Origin: Phoronis australis
Taxonomy: Eukaryota > Animalia > Phoronida
Direction of reading: 5' to 3'
Assembly (NCBI GenBank): GCA_002633005.1
Contig: NMRA01000111.1
Location: forward strand, 738,656-802,655
Length of the DNA stretch: 64,000 bases
Part shown: positions 1 to 13,620 of the stretch, piece by piece
Layout: every line of letters begins with the position of its first letter
How positions within the stretch are numbered: the first letter of the stretch is position 1
Notes under the pieces: generated by a model
Told to the model about the DNA's origin: nothing
Seen by the model: the letters and a program-made list of their open reading frames with translations, nothing else
Database searches by the model: none
Program-made: the position numbers and the translations under genes

Positions 1-268
1 TTTGTCACAAGCACTAGTTCTCCTTTTTGAAGGTGTAGACGTTAAGAAGCGAAAAGACTCATCTTGTGGCAGAAGTTCAACTAAAAAATATCAAAAGCAT
101 TTCAGTTATACTTGTTAGGTTAAATCTCACAAAAATCATGAAAAACAGTGAAGTATAATAAACAATCAACCCACCCGGCGCCTATTTCAGGGTGTGTATT
201 AAATGTAAAACTGACATAACACCGTTACTTGAACGAGTATTCAGGCCAATGCATAGAAAAAGAATTTG

Positions 269-747
269 CGTTCACGATCGCTTGTTTTGCGTTCACGATC
301 GCCATATGAAAGTAAGGATTTCGTTCTCGATCGCCGTCTCACACAAGGACAAGCTTGTATTGGTAAATATCTCGAATTGTTTCACAAAACATAACTTCGA
401 AAGGTGTCACCTGGGGCAATGAAGCTCTAAACGCCACACTTCTTTACTTTAGAACTCTGGAACTGCTAATAACAAGTAAAACTTGTCGACTTTACGACGC
501 GCAAGGCATTTTATCGGAAGGCATTACTTTCTGGGCCCTTTATTTGATAAAATAAGCAAAAGCCAAGCATCATTTCATATCGGCAACAAAGGTTAAGCTC
601 TGACGCTTTTCTCTGTGTCGCATTCGTGCCAAAGTAGCCACTATTTAAGAAGAAAATGACACTAAGACTCACCAGGTACATCATCGTCGTCTGCCATTTT
701 TGCGGCAAAGTGGCGTTCTCGATCGCTTTCCGGTCGTTCCCGATCGC
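269..747. promoter_or_regulatory. CpG-rich promoter/first-intron region with 5 copies of CGTTCHCGATCGC
   Basis: Motif at 269-281, 290-302, 322-334, 714-726 and 735-747, all in the same orientation, flanking the candidate exon at 673-697. Confidence 0.45.
673..697 (-). CDS. Candidate first coding exon (MADDDDVP + phase-1 donor) of an unidentified gene running off the left edge
   Basis: Minus strand reads AAAATGGCAGACGACGATGATGTACCTG|GTGAGT: strong ATG context and a consensus donor, inside a CpG-rich island. No downstream exon was identified in the window. Confidence 0.5.
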
Positions 748-2357
748 GGGTTGGCCGGGGTGTTCACACAACACATTATATTCTGAACAAGAAATACTAT
801 TGTTATACCCTTATATAGACAAAACAGTATTAGTGCCTGCAAACCTAACACAATGCAATCGATAAATTGTACAGAGGTTGACTTAACTTTAGTGCTGCTA
901 AACACACTCTAGAATAATTTACTCCTCCAAGGAGTTGTTGCTAGGTTTTAGGTTCGGGGAGTGCTGTCTGAACGCTACTTAAATTAGCGCAACTTACCCC
1001 CACTCGTGAAAACTTACTCCACATTATCAACGTGGGATAATTACTTGTTCTAGGATAACTTGTACCACTCGTTATCACTGTGTGAACACCAAAAAGGGTA
1101 GGTCAGCAGTAATTATCAGCTTTGGTTACATACAGATGGGATTTCTTCTGCATGTCCTATTGGCATTTGGTGTTCATCGTCACGCACAGAGCAACAACTT
1201 TCGTCTTACCCTAGTTATCACGTGTGTATGGGGCAAATTGCACTAGTGCAAGTTGATCTAGGATATGCTGTGTGTGGACGGGACGTTTGACATGCAATGT
1301 CAAGGCAGTGTTTGAAAATTTGGATTCAAACTTGTATAACGGCACAATTGGTATGTCTTAAATACTAATAAGTAGGTAGTTTTGAGGACAATACAAAAAT
1401 TCTGTTGATCACTATTTACAGCGAAGGAACCCATCACAAATGGTTAAGATGTAATGTGTCACAATTTTTTTCAAATATTTTCACTGCAGTCGGACTCATT
1501 CGAAAATAATTAGCTGTGCTCTCCTCATTTGGAACACAGAGGTCAAGTTTTACCAAGATCCATCGAAGAACATTTAGGCAACAACAATAATGACTTGTCA
1601 CTAAGGGGCACCACAGTAGTCACATCCATCCAAAAGACAACACCTTACACCAGCCATGCTTTTCTCAATAGGAACTCTGTGCGATCTATGAGATAATTCT
1701 TGCGCCTATGTTTACTTTTATGCAGGTGAATAGCTAAGTCAGTTTTTGAAGCACATGAGAGTAGTTTTACTTCGGCCACCTTTCACTGCTCCTATATCAC
1801 TTTGCTATTTGCAGTCTCACTAAGACTTTAGTGGGGTCGACGGTTATTTAAAGTTCCACTGTGGACCTGGACCTGGTTACCTTTATAGGTAATTTCCAAT
1901 GATGGTTTTGTTTTACTGGTGGTTGTAAATCTATCTACAATCATGGCCTACTAAATTTAACTGGTGCAGGAGACTTGATAAAGCCACATTTACAAGGGCG
2001 ACAACTGCCACGGAGCAACTAACACGAAACAGCTAATCATGCACAAGTGTGTGTAAACGCGACTGACACGGAGCAACTTGACAACGCGGCGGCCATTTTT
2101 GACACTGATTTGGGCGGTAGAGAAAGTTGCACTTGATCAATTATTTCAGTTTCAACTACACGTCTAAACACAACTGGGGCAGAGCAGAAAGGGATCATCT
2201 TTAAATGCGCTTGGCAATTGTGCATATACTAGTACGGATAATCCGCTGACATTCCACATGCTTTGGACGTTCGCTACTGTTTATGCGAGCAAGCGCAGAC
2301 AGTCTTAGTGTCAATGACTGATGTTTATTCAGTTTACAATCTAATGTCGTGTGAATG

Positions 2358-2818
2358 TGACTCAAGTGGAGCAAGTCGCGCCTGACAACTCGCACCGCGA
2401 CAACAGTTCCCTGTGTAAAAACAGTTGATCAAGATGACAGCCTGTTTAGTTGACTCCTGTTAAAGGAAACACAGCATAACAAAGTCTACATGGTGTGGCT
2501 AACAAGAAAATTGTTTTATTACCAAGTTGATTTTAAAAAGCTACACCTAAAATGCACATTTGACTACTTTTTGGAAGACAGGCGGGCATAAAAAATAAAT
2601 GAAAAATATTAACAATGGCCACCAGGAGCATGTAATAGGTCAAATCCATTTGGAACAAGGCAGGTGTCAAGTGCTAACAGAAAGTCTTTGTATAAATGAC
2701 TCATGCTGGTCCAGTTGGCGATTGTAAATGAGACTTGAGTGGAGCAAGTCGCACCATGACAACTCGCACCATGACAACTCACACCGTGACAACTGTTCCT
2801 CGTGTAAAAACAGTTATA
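2358..2818. repeat. Two dispersed copies of a ~70-90 bp repeat containing a 15-bp tandem unit (TCGCACCATGACAAC)
   Basis: GTGGAGCAAGTCGC...GACAAC...GTGTAAAAACAGTT occurs at ~2358-2426 and ~2728-2818. Confidence 0.6.
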
Positions 2819-5800
2819 GCAAATTCCATGAAAAATCAATGTGGCACATATTGCAACACATGGAAAATCTTGGCACTAGAAGACGCCACAATACTTGGAT
2901 CCAACACAAAGCCAATGTCAGCTGTACCATCCTCAATAGGAGCATAAAAAGAAATTCCATCAAGGACCTTACTTGTATGGTAGATACTGAGGCAGCAGCA
3001 AAAATAAAATTGCAACAAGGAGGTGAATAGTAATGAGACCTGTTCAGACATCAATATCAACTGTGTTCTTTTGAATAAGAACATTCAGCCAAAATTTCAT
3101 GAGGAGCCATCAAGGAGCTTAGTTGGTAGATATTGCGGCAGATATTGAGACAAAAATAAAAACCAATATAACACTAAGGGACACCACCCGCAGTTGGACC
3201 AGTATCCACAAATCAACACCTAATGTGCCAAATTGCATGTTGACCCTTCAAGCAGTCAGATAGGGAGGCAAAAACAATGAAAACAACCACTAGATGATGC
3301 ATAAATACTGGTACGGTACGTCAAATTCGTCTAAATTGGGTAAAGGATTGTCAGTAAACAGAAAACTGTCATCCTGAAAGTCGAACAAAGAACTTGGTTA
3401 AATGCACCTCAAGCAAACGCAAACAACTAAAATTGCTAATAGAGGGCTCCATGGTAGTTGAATCTGTCTGAAATTTCTCTCCAACATTCATGAGCGTCAT
3501 AGAAATACATTTGCAAAATTTCATGAAAATCCTACATTAAGAAATACACCAGCAGATACCCAGACAGAGATGACAGCAGCGCCCATATATATGTACAAGG
3601 TCACATAAAGATTTAATATGTACATTAAGATTGATGTTTTTGAGCCTCGGTCTCTGTACTCTTAAGGTGCTGTTCACAAAATACTTAGGGAAACTGTCTA
3701 TCAGACTATGGTAATTCCCCACTTATTTTGCACAAAAATAATTGCCAAACTTGTCATTTTTTAATTTTCTAAGACTGTACACTGCTGCAAGTGATGGAAA
3801 CTCACCAAATGCAGTTTTATGACATTCACATTAAGTACAAAGTAAGCTAATAATATGTTAGACTAACATTTTTCTTAACATTTGTTTTGTGAATAAATTT
3901 GGTAAAATAGAATTTCACTTGTCGCCACATTATGTACTAAATAAGTGAAGAATTACCGTGTGACATTCCTTTTGTAATAGCAAGCACGAGAAAAGTGGTT
4001 GTTTTTCGAACACTTCAGCTTTGACACAGTTTCTGAGTGTGCTGCACAAAAAGACACTGAAATGGACCATCTTACAATCTTGCACGAGTCAGGTTGCGAA
4101 ATATCAAAAGTCATTCTGTTTAGTATTTTCCCTACATGTACTCAAACATCCAGTTTGAAAACCCTTGAAGCTAAACGTTTGAAAATTTTGAATAATGCTC
4201 GAAAAGTCATTGCTTTCTGCACATCTATATTTCATGGAAAGATAAACAATTGAAATATTATTGCATAATGAGACAACTGTTCTGTTATGATGTACCCAGC
4301 AAGAGTACAGTACCTATACTGTGAATAAGGACAAAGGATAAATACAGCATTTGAGAGAACAATGCCGATGAGTCATGCTGGGAATTTGATGATAGGAGGG
4401 AAAACCCTGTTACAGTCTAAATAGCAAGTCATGGTGGCATTTACTAGTTTCACTTTGAATTACTTGCCAACAATACTCCAAGAAGAAGAACGACATTCAA
4501 TGGCAGCTGAGTGCAAGTGCAATTTCCTGTCACAGCACTGGTGTGGGCAAGCTAACCAGAAAAACAGAAATGACAAATCTTCACGGCTCATTGCCCAGCA
4601 ATTTAGCCTATATGCGCCATTGTGTGTCATGTTTATTTTTTGACTTATACTGAATAACAGAACTTCAGTGACACCTATTTCAGTAAGTAAATACATGCAT
4701 CATGCATGTGACTGCAATAAGGAAATGCTTTGCTGTGTTTCATAAAAATACCTAACCTTGTTTTTAAGCACCCATAGTGATATCCTGATTGAGTTATCCA
4801 AGTTCTGGGGAAACTAAAAATGAGGGGTTCAGGGTGTCAGAAAACTTGAGAAGAGAAGGCGGAAGCGAGTACTGGACAAACCACCACAGACAGCCCTTGA
4901 CAAGATCTAGTCCCATGCCCAATTTCAGAATGATCCTTCATGTCGTCGCATTTGCCCCATAACAGGACTTGAGATATATATCATGTACACGGATTTCATG
5001 ATGATGGAACAAAAAATGCAACCTTTAGTGTGCATACTGATAAACACGCTCACTCAAAGCTTGAGAAACGTTCTCGAACATTAGAATTGCAATAAGTTGG
5101 AATCAAGAATTTCTTGAAAATTTTTGGTCGGACTTGAAAAGATCTAACTAAATGCCAAATTTTAAACAGACTAGTCAAAAAATAAAAGAACAGTCACAAA
5201 AAATTCTTGAATTACTCGAGCATGATAATAATAAAAAATGACACATTTCTTTCTTAAGGAAATCTATTTCCAAATTTCAAAATAATCCATCAAAGGACCA
5301 CTGAGCTAGAGTTCTGTGAAGCTAAACTGACTATTACAATACCACTTTTGGAGCGAGTTCACCCACAAATAATAGACCTCCACATTTTACCAACATACGC
5401 ACTGCATGATTGATCAAACGAAAAATGCCCCCTGTTGTGTCCGTATAACCAACCTTTCAAAAAGCAGCATTCCAGTACTTGGAAAAATTTCGTTTCACCA
5501 AGTCAAAACCAAGGTCGCTTACATAATATTTCTAATCATGACATGAGATACCTAATGCTGCTTTCCAAATTATAACAATCACTGTATAGTTCAAATACCT
5601 TCACTTCGTAGAATGTCACTAACGAACCTTCAATGATGGACTAATTGGAACGAGCACAATGAGTCGTGTCAAAAGGCCCTTTTATACTAACTTAACTCCG
5701 GTATGAGTGAAGCATCGATGTAAACTGCGAAGTCAATTGAATCGTTCACACCAGCTTCGGTAGTTAACGGCATCGAAATAAACGGTAGGTGACATTGTCA

Positions 5801-6535
5801 TCGTCAAAATAATCGCAAGGAAGCGCTGACGCATCCGTGCAGACTAAGACTTTTTTAATGTGACAATTTGAGAACATTTATGTGTGCTAATTGACAGAAC
5901 ACTTATTTCTAATTCGACTAGTGATTATTCAAGCAAAATATAAGCAACTATTAGCGAAGACACTGCTCTTTAATTGCTGGTAGTAACATAGGCTCTTGGT
6001 GATAACTTCAACGAGACCGAAGTGGACCATTTATACCGCAATGCGGTTGAATCCACCTATTTACTCCGAAGTCAACTCGCCCTGTTAAGTTCAATCCACC
6101 AGGACCGAAGTTAACCGTTCATACTGACCACAACTCCCCAAAACATCGACGTGTCGACGCTACATGACACCAGGAAACCTACTACTGAAACCAATCACCC
6201 AAATCATCTGTCCTTACATATAGAAATTTTGTTCGTCACTTTAAACATGCTAACTTTCTGTATTCTACATTTAAATATGATGTTTCAAAGCCAGAAAATA
6301 TTTCAACTGCCACATATATTGAGTCAGAGAGTTGGACAAGCATTTTGTGAATGCACAGACTAGTCTTCCTTTTTATTCTTTTTTGTAGAAATATTTCTAA
6401 CACATACTACAATACAGCGTACTGCGTGGCTTTTGTTCTCTTACCTATCAGGTAAAACCAAGGCGATCTGTGGTACTCATTCAATGATATCACGAATCCA
6501 CAAAATTCTCCACCAATTACTTCCCTTGACAACAT

Positions 6536-8530
6536 TAAACAAGAGCAACGCGGAGCGTTGAAATGCGCCCACAATTGCACCGCATACGGTATCCTTCTAG
6601 GGTTGTTTATTGGTACCATAAAGTGGCCAGTAGAGGGCATACTTTGCAAAATGGAAAGGCATGGTCATTGTCTCCTCAATAGGCTAGGGGCAAAATGTGA
6701 GTAATCTTCATAATACAAGCACATCCTATACACCAGTTGCTTAAAGCACCACAGAAACATAGAATTAAAAACAAATTTACCAACATACGAGATTAGCACA
6801 GCATTAGAATGCCAGAAACAAATTTCTACTTGGAACTTTTCCTTCACAGTCACGAAGTAACACAAAGTATACACCTGAAGACCTATGAAAATACAGTGGT
6901 CAATGTAAAATACTAAAATTGCCACTAGAGGCAAATACTAAAATTGCCACTAGAGGCATACCGGTAATCAGAATCATCCTAAAGTCGTCATCGTCCGTTG
7001 TCAACATCACATAAATACACTTGCTAAATTTAGTAAAGATCCTGCAAACGGTTTGGGAGATACAGCCATGGGCGCAAAAAAACAAAACTGCCACTAGGAG
7101 GCGCCACAGTAGTCCAAATCGTCTGAAAATCATTGTCAGCTGTCTTCCTTATAGTAAGCACATACACGCCAATTTTCACAATCATCCTTTGAGCGGTTTG
7201 GTTGATAGAGGGGTGGACGCAAAAATACAGACTCGAAAACAGTAAAAATGGCCACTAGGTGGCGCAAACTACGTCGAATCCATCTGAAAACAGTAGGATA
7301 GCGTCATCTCACTAATAGGTGCCTACATACCAAATTTCATGAAAATCCGTTCAATACTTTTGAAGATACAAAGGTAAGCGTAAAAAACTAAAATTGCCAC
7401 TAGGGGGCACACCGGTAGTCGGATCCGACCAAAAGTCGTCATCTTCCGTTGTTAACATCATATAAATATACTTACACAATTTGTAAAGATCCTGCGAACG
7501 GTTTAGGAGATACAGCCATAGGCGCAAAAAAACAAAACTGCCACTAGGAGGCGCCACAGTAGTCGAAATCGTCGGAAAATCATCGTCAACCATCCTCTAC
7601 ATAGTAAGCATATACATGCCAATTTTCACAATCATCCTTTGAGCGGTTTGGTTGATAGAGGGGTGGACGCACAAAAACAGACTCGAAAACACTAAAAATG
7701 GCCACTAGGTGGCGCAAACTATGTCGAATCCATCTGAAAACGGGAGGATAGCGTCATCTCACTAATAGGTGCCTACATACCAAATTTCATGAAAATCCAA
7801 TAAGGACTTGTGAAGATACAAAGGTAAGCGTAAAAAAATTAAAATTGCCACTAGGGGGCACACCGGTAGTCGGATCCGTCCAAAAGTCGTCATCTTCCGT
7901 TGTTAACATCATATAAATATACTTACACAATTTCGTAAAGATCCTGCGAACGGTTTAGGAGATACAGCCATAGGCGCAAAAAAAACAAAACTGCCACTAG
8001 GAGGCGCCACAGTAGTCGAAATCGTCGGAAAATCATCGTCAACCGTCCTCTACATAGTAAGCACATACATGCCAATTTTCACAATCATCCTTTGAGCGGT
8101 TTGGTTGATAGAGGGGTGGAAGCACAAAAACAGACTCGAAAACAGTAAAAATGGCCACTAGGTGGCGCAAACTATGTCGAATCCATCCGAAAACGGCAGG
8201 ATAGCGTCATCTCACTACTAGGTGCCTACATACCAAATTTCATGAAAATCCGTTCAGGACTTTTGAAGATACAAAGGTAAGCGTAAAAAACTAAAATTGC
8301 CACTAGGGGGCACACCGGTAGTCGGATCCGTCCGAAAGTTCGCACATGCCGTCCCATTCATGAATGGAACATATGTGCCAAATTTCATGAACGTATGTCA
8401 AAGGGTTTTGGAGATAGAGCAGCGGACGCCGGACGCCAGACGGACGCCGCCCGGACGGACGGACGGACGGACGGACGGACAGAGATGACGGCATAATGCG
8501 TCCACATATAAATATGTGGGCGCATAAAAA
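6536..8530 (+). mobile_element. Non-autonomous Helentron-type (HINE/DINE-1-like) element with an internal higher-order tandem array, copy 1
   Basis: Starts AAACAAGAGC with a subterminal TGCGCCCACA. Ends with a (GGAC)n microsatellite and the hairpin TGCGTCCACATA-TAAA-TATGTGGGCGCA followed by an A-run. Three ~451-bp units lie at ~6940-8300. A closely similar inverted copy is at 20943-22421. Confidence 0.8.
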
Positions 8531-10444
8531 TGAAAAAGTGAGACATCTGGGTTGGAAAATTTAGGCCAAGTGACTTGATGGTGATGCCCCTGTTGGCCAA
8601 AATCTGGACTCCTTGAAGCTTCGACTCACATTCTGCAGTAGCACATTTTGACATATATCGCACAACAGTGTTCATTATTCTCCCGCCTACAGTGTTATCA
8701 TCTAGCTGCATATGTTCTAGCCTTGATGAAAAGCTATTTCTAAGAAATTGTTTGGAAAGGTGCACTGGTAAAAAGTGAGTAAAAGACACAAAAGAGTTAT
8801 CAAAAACAAAACTCTTCCTTGACTAAAGCAAAAGCTGTTGTTACTAGTACATCGACATCTAAATTTTTGGGCGATTGCACGCATCAGAAGTGCAATTTCG
8901 CGAGACTGCTAAATTAAATCTGAGGCCACATTGGTGCTGAATGGAGCCCTGAAGCTGTATGGAGACTAACTTCAAAACACAGCTAGAAACCACTGTGAGT
9001 TAACTTCACATAGACCTTGAAATTTCATATCACCTGATCCTGAGCAGTTTTGCATGTTACCTCATCAATAAACTTATATCAACATGCAGAGCTAGTGACT
9101 GGTGGGGTACAATCAAAATCTGAGAACCAACTGCCACAGCTGTTCTAAAAGTGAAAAACAATATTATTACAACACGCAAATTTTTGTGTAATTCTCCGGC
9201 TTTTATAACAACGAAAAAGATTTCCGTCGACTACAATAAGGGTAGAATGGTAATTTCTTCATCGCTAGTAAAAAATTTAGTTTACTCAAGGAAGAATGTA
9301 GATTTTAATCACATTTATATAATTCTGTGTCAGATTTTACTAGGTCATCTTTTACCCATATTGTTCCAAACCTGCATAATTATACAGCTTTGCACTAAAG
9401 CTAGCTCCACAATATGACTTAATTCAAAACTATTTTCTGAATCCTCTCCTTACATATTAACAGCAAAAATCCATAAAACATAATAATTGTTCTTTTCTTC
9501 AGTTTCTTTGCATGTATCACTGCCTTCCCTAGGTCTTGACTTTCAGTGTGCTAAGACAATAACAGCTCTATTCCACCACAGTGACCACTATTGGTGCTAA
9601 CACACTCATAACATGTTACAAAATAGTTCCTAACACTATCCCATAGTACAGTAGCTTATTTCGATTGTTCAGATGTTGCGTATGTCATTACATACGTTCA
9701 TAGAATCACAGAAAGTCTGCGAGGATTGCAATCTCACCACTACGCATTGTGCGTAGTAACCTACTGCTCTAGTGAGGTTCACAATCTCTCCACTACGTGA
9801 TTACCCGCCGATTGACCTTTGATTGGGGTCAGATAATGATTGAACCCAATCGAAGGTCAAGCAGCAGCCAAATACAGTCATCAACACGGGCTTCGCATAG
9901 TGGCACGGAACCTTGCCGGACTTCCAGTGCTTCTATCTATGTAGCCATGTATTGGCATACGCATTACTACTTTTTTCACTATACTAAAAGATGGAAATAA
10001 TCTCCCATGCAGTATCCCAAAGCCTAACATATAGCTAATGCTAACATTAACACTGAGGAAGGGTAACCATGACCTTAAAAATTGACTCAATGGGAATGTA
10101 GCCACTATGCTAACCGTAAGATCAAGGGACACAGCCAGACATATTACATCACCTGTGGATGTCTGTGATATTCATAAGCAATAGCATATACCATAAAAAG
10201 ACAATCCAATCAAAATACAATGAATAACATAGAATGAAGCATGCTGATATATGAAGTGGTTTATAATTGACCTATTGCTAGCTCCACCCCCTTGCAAAAA
10301 GTCGACAAACAAATAATAAGTTTTACCCGACAACGTGTTATTTGTTGGGTAAAGTGACAGCTTAGAAATGAAGGTGTGTCAAGAAGGCTACATTCCGATA
10401 GGTCAGTTAAGCAGTCTCTCAAAATTCTGGTGATAGATCAATTA

Positions 10445-11536
10445 CAGGGCCCTCACTCACATGAGAGAAAACTCGCTCACGTGAGGGTAAAGGTGCCTGT
10501 ACCTTCTAAAGGGGGGGGGGGTTTTCATGGCATTTTTTATTAGAGGGAATTTTCACATCAGTTTTTACTTAGAGGGGAATTTTTGAGATGCTCATTTACT
10601 ACACTGCTTTTTACTATTTTATGCTGTCACAAATAAGCAGGTATCAACTTCCAAGTCAAATAATAAAAATACACGATGTATTACTATTGTCACACTGCTT
10701 GGCTTATTTATGAAGGCAACATCAATGGTTTATTTTTGCACAAGCACAGAACAACATAGTTATTATTAGAATACATCCAGGGTGAAAAACTATCAAAACT
10801 AGCAATTGAATACTACTAACACCTTAATGTGAGCGAAGCAATGTTTGTAAGGTACAGGCTCTCACCTTATAGTACCACAGAGCACACTCAGTAGTGGCAT
10901 AATAAGGGTTTTAGTTAAACAATATTTTTCTCACAACAGTGTATAGTGTAACACATCCTCAAAATTGGCCATCCAGTCCTTCTCCCACCTTAGTAAATAG
11001 ACAAGCAGAGCAATGCTGAACTGTTTTAGCTTCAACAGTGATGTTGATCACAGTAAACGATCCTGACAAGTTAGTTACTGAAACGTGGTCTGTTTGATAC
11101 TGCTTCTGAGAGAAGGAACAGCAAGTTCATCAGTGGAAAGACACTTTTCTGTATGCTTCGATGCTCCATGGCACGGATTTTCACAATTCTCTTCTTTTAA
11201 AACTTGCTTGTGTGCCTTTTGCGCCACAGACGCACAGACATTTTCTTTTTGTTTTGAGTTTTCAATACACAAGAGTGAAACTGGTTATAGCACTCCTGTA
11301 TGTGGCACTTGCTTTATGGGGAAACCAGTCTGTGACGTTTCCAGTGTCTGGCTGTCTCGTGACTCAAGTCAGTGGGTTTGAATATTTTTTAGGTTGTCTC
11401 AGGCTAAAACCATGAGGTGAATTTTTCATCATTCATGGGAAATTTTTTTGACCTGATGATGGGAATTTTGCACAATATTTTTGAGAAGGGAATGGTGCCG
11501 ATATTCAGCCCCAGCTTCGTAGGATCGAGGGCCCTG
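10445..11536. mobile_element. hAT-like degenerate DNA transposon
   Basis: 10-bp TIRs CAGGGCCCTC / GAGGGCCCTG. AATTA flanks both ends but there is no clean 8-bp TSD. Broken coding-like sequence on the minus strand (RWEKDWMANFEDVLHY). Confidence 0.45.
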
Positions 11537-12281
11537 AATTAATTTAACACATACCATGACTCTGGAGACAACTTAATCAGCATATTTTGAACATATCCAT
11601 AAAATCTGTCGCGTTTCACTCGAGCTTCCCTCACTGGGTGCCATTTTGAGAAAGTTACATGAAATCGTGCCAGTTCACGGCCAAAAAGTCCAAGGGACAC
11701 AAATCTTATAAGTCACTTTGGGTATCCTCCTATGTGGTGCAAAGCTGTATAATAAATATACATCTTTGCACTGATGAGGGCAAAGAACTGACCAAATAAA
11801 ATCTGACACAAAATTAGTGTCATTCGAAACTAAACTCTTCCTTGAGTAAACTAAAGTATTTACCGGTGTTGGAAAAATTGGCGCTCTACTGGTACTTTAC
11901 TGCTAAAATCGTGGAGTGATCTTTTGCATCGGCTTTCGGTGCCATGAAATATTTCATCACCTATTGGTCAGTTTCGTTTTTCGCCGATTCTTCAATCAAC
12001 TGTTCTTCTCTCCCACGAGGTTGCGTACATGTCACATTGGAACTGAAATTTTTAGTATTTTCACTAGAAAACGAACTTCAGAACAAATTTTGCTGCTGCA
12101 ATTAAGTTATCATAATCTCAGTCTCAAAAGAAGTCGCAAAATTTTAGGAAATAGAGTGCCACGCGTGTCACCAACGTAAAGTTTTCAAAACGGCGACAGA
12201 CTTTTCATTGTTACAAAAGGCGGAGAATTATGCAACAAAATGCTGTTAATTAGAATGTTTTTTACATAAACGGCTGTAACG

Positions 12282-12388
12282 GCAAGGTGAGTGTCAGTTG
12301 ACACCTAGATGTTGTATGCACCCCCACCAGTAAGCTCTACATGTTGATATTAGTTTCACGATGAGGTGACGAGCAGAACTACTCAGGC
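12282..12388 (+). repeat. Interspersed repeat fragment with a second copy at ~17750-17946
   Basis: Both copies share GCAAGGTGAGTGTCAGTT and AGCTCTACAT.TTGATAT.AGTTTCACGA..AGGTGACGAG.AGAACT. Confidence 0.65.
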
Positions 12389-13581
12389 TGTCAAGTTAAT
12401 GGACTTGCTTTATGGTTATCGCCGGCGGTTAAAAAGGTTAACAGCGAACAAAATAGTAAAGTTGAAATTCTTTGCCAAATCATCTTAACTGCCGAAGACA
12501 CGCTTAATCAAGGATACACAACGAATCAGAAAGGATAGCTGAATAAAACGCTTTTATATTATAACTGGCAATTTTAAGTGTAAAATGTATTTTTGACAAG
12601 GTGAAAACCTCTCATTCGTGGCCGGATTAAGACTACCGCCTGTTCAAAAGACATGTATTAGGAATGAAATTAGTAGAGACCAGATGGGGACTATTGCAGC
12701 CTCTCGCCAGCCACTTGAGGAGTTACGTGTTGCCTAGGCACAGCCCAGCCAGGGCCCAAATAACCCACCCTAAAAACAGAATGACTATCCAATAGTTATA
12801 GCTGCACTCTACGTGCGAACTGTATAGTGAGATGCATGACCAACATGACACTAGAGTCCAAGGCCAGGTCAAGTGTCCCCAGATTTCGAAAAAAAATGAC
12901 CAAAGACTTGTTAAATAATTCAACAACGTGATAAAGGTATATACCTGAATCATCCAAAACTTGAATGGTAAGAAGTAGTTTCTTACGGATTCCTTTCTTA
13001 TCACCCAAAACATCAATTTACGGTGAAATTAAACTATTTTGTACAGAGTAAAAAACAATCAAACACATATCTTTCACCAGGAAGTGATGTCACAAACGGG
13101 AGTCTCGTGACCCCTGGTGGTTTAAAATAAAAACATTTGTCCACACTGAACCGAAGACGAATCGCCGATCCACTACGGTCTCTTGGGTAAAATTTGAATT
13201 TGGTTTCAAGAGCATCTCTCCAAAAAAACACTGTTATTCGCCGGTCTTCTCCAAGTGCAGCGAGAGCTGTAGGAAGCAGGGGAATGTGCCCCCATAATTT
13301 GCAGACGTCAAGGTTGAACATTGAGAACCCGAGTGCGTTGGCCGACAAGTTGATTCCGGACTCGGCGGGCCCAGTAGGTCTAAGCTGGTTCCTAAGTTGA
13401 GGCAAGGGTCACGGTCACAGCAAAACATAAAGAGAGGAAATTCAAGAGAACTTTGCCAATTATCAGTGCTTCTTTTATCCTTAAAGTGTGCCCCATTTTT
13501 TGCAGCGTAGATCATGTATTCAATACAAAAAAGTGGAATAACTTTTAAGCATATAACTCTTGGTGATATTCACAAGTTCAC

Positions 13582-13620
13582 CGGGACTTCTTGAACTTGA
13601 ATTCACTTGAGACGACATAT
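13582..13620 (-). CDS. Candidate start-codon exon (MSSQVNSSSRSP + phase-1 donor) of the left-running gene
   Basis: Minus strand reads CCATTTCCAG|ATATGTCG...AGTCCCG|GTGAAC. A possible upstream 5'UTR donor TAG|GTGAGG lies near 14110. Confidence 0.3.

Noticed and set aside
6940-8330. Regularly spaced motif array resembling CRISPR
   Set aside because: The 'spacers' are themselves repeated, the context is eukaryotic, and there are no cas genes.
6665-8494. ORFs shared between 6665-6934 and 21956-22276, and other ORFs in the arrays
   Set aside because: They are translations of the non-coding repeat element, with no domain signature.
12723-13515. Hydrophobic minus-strand ORFs of 70-123 aa
   Set aside because: Several start at non-ATG codons, and none has a recognisable motif or a consistent splice chain.
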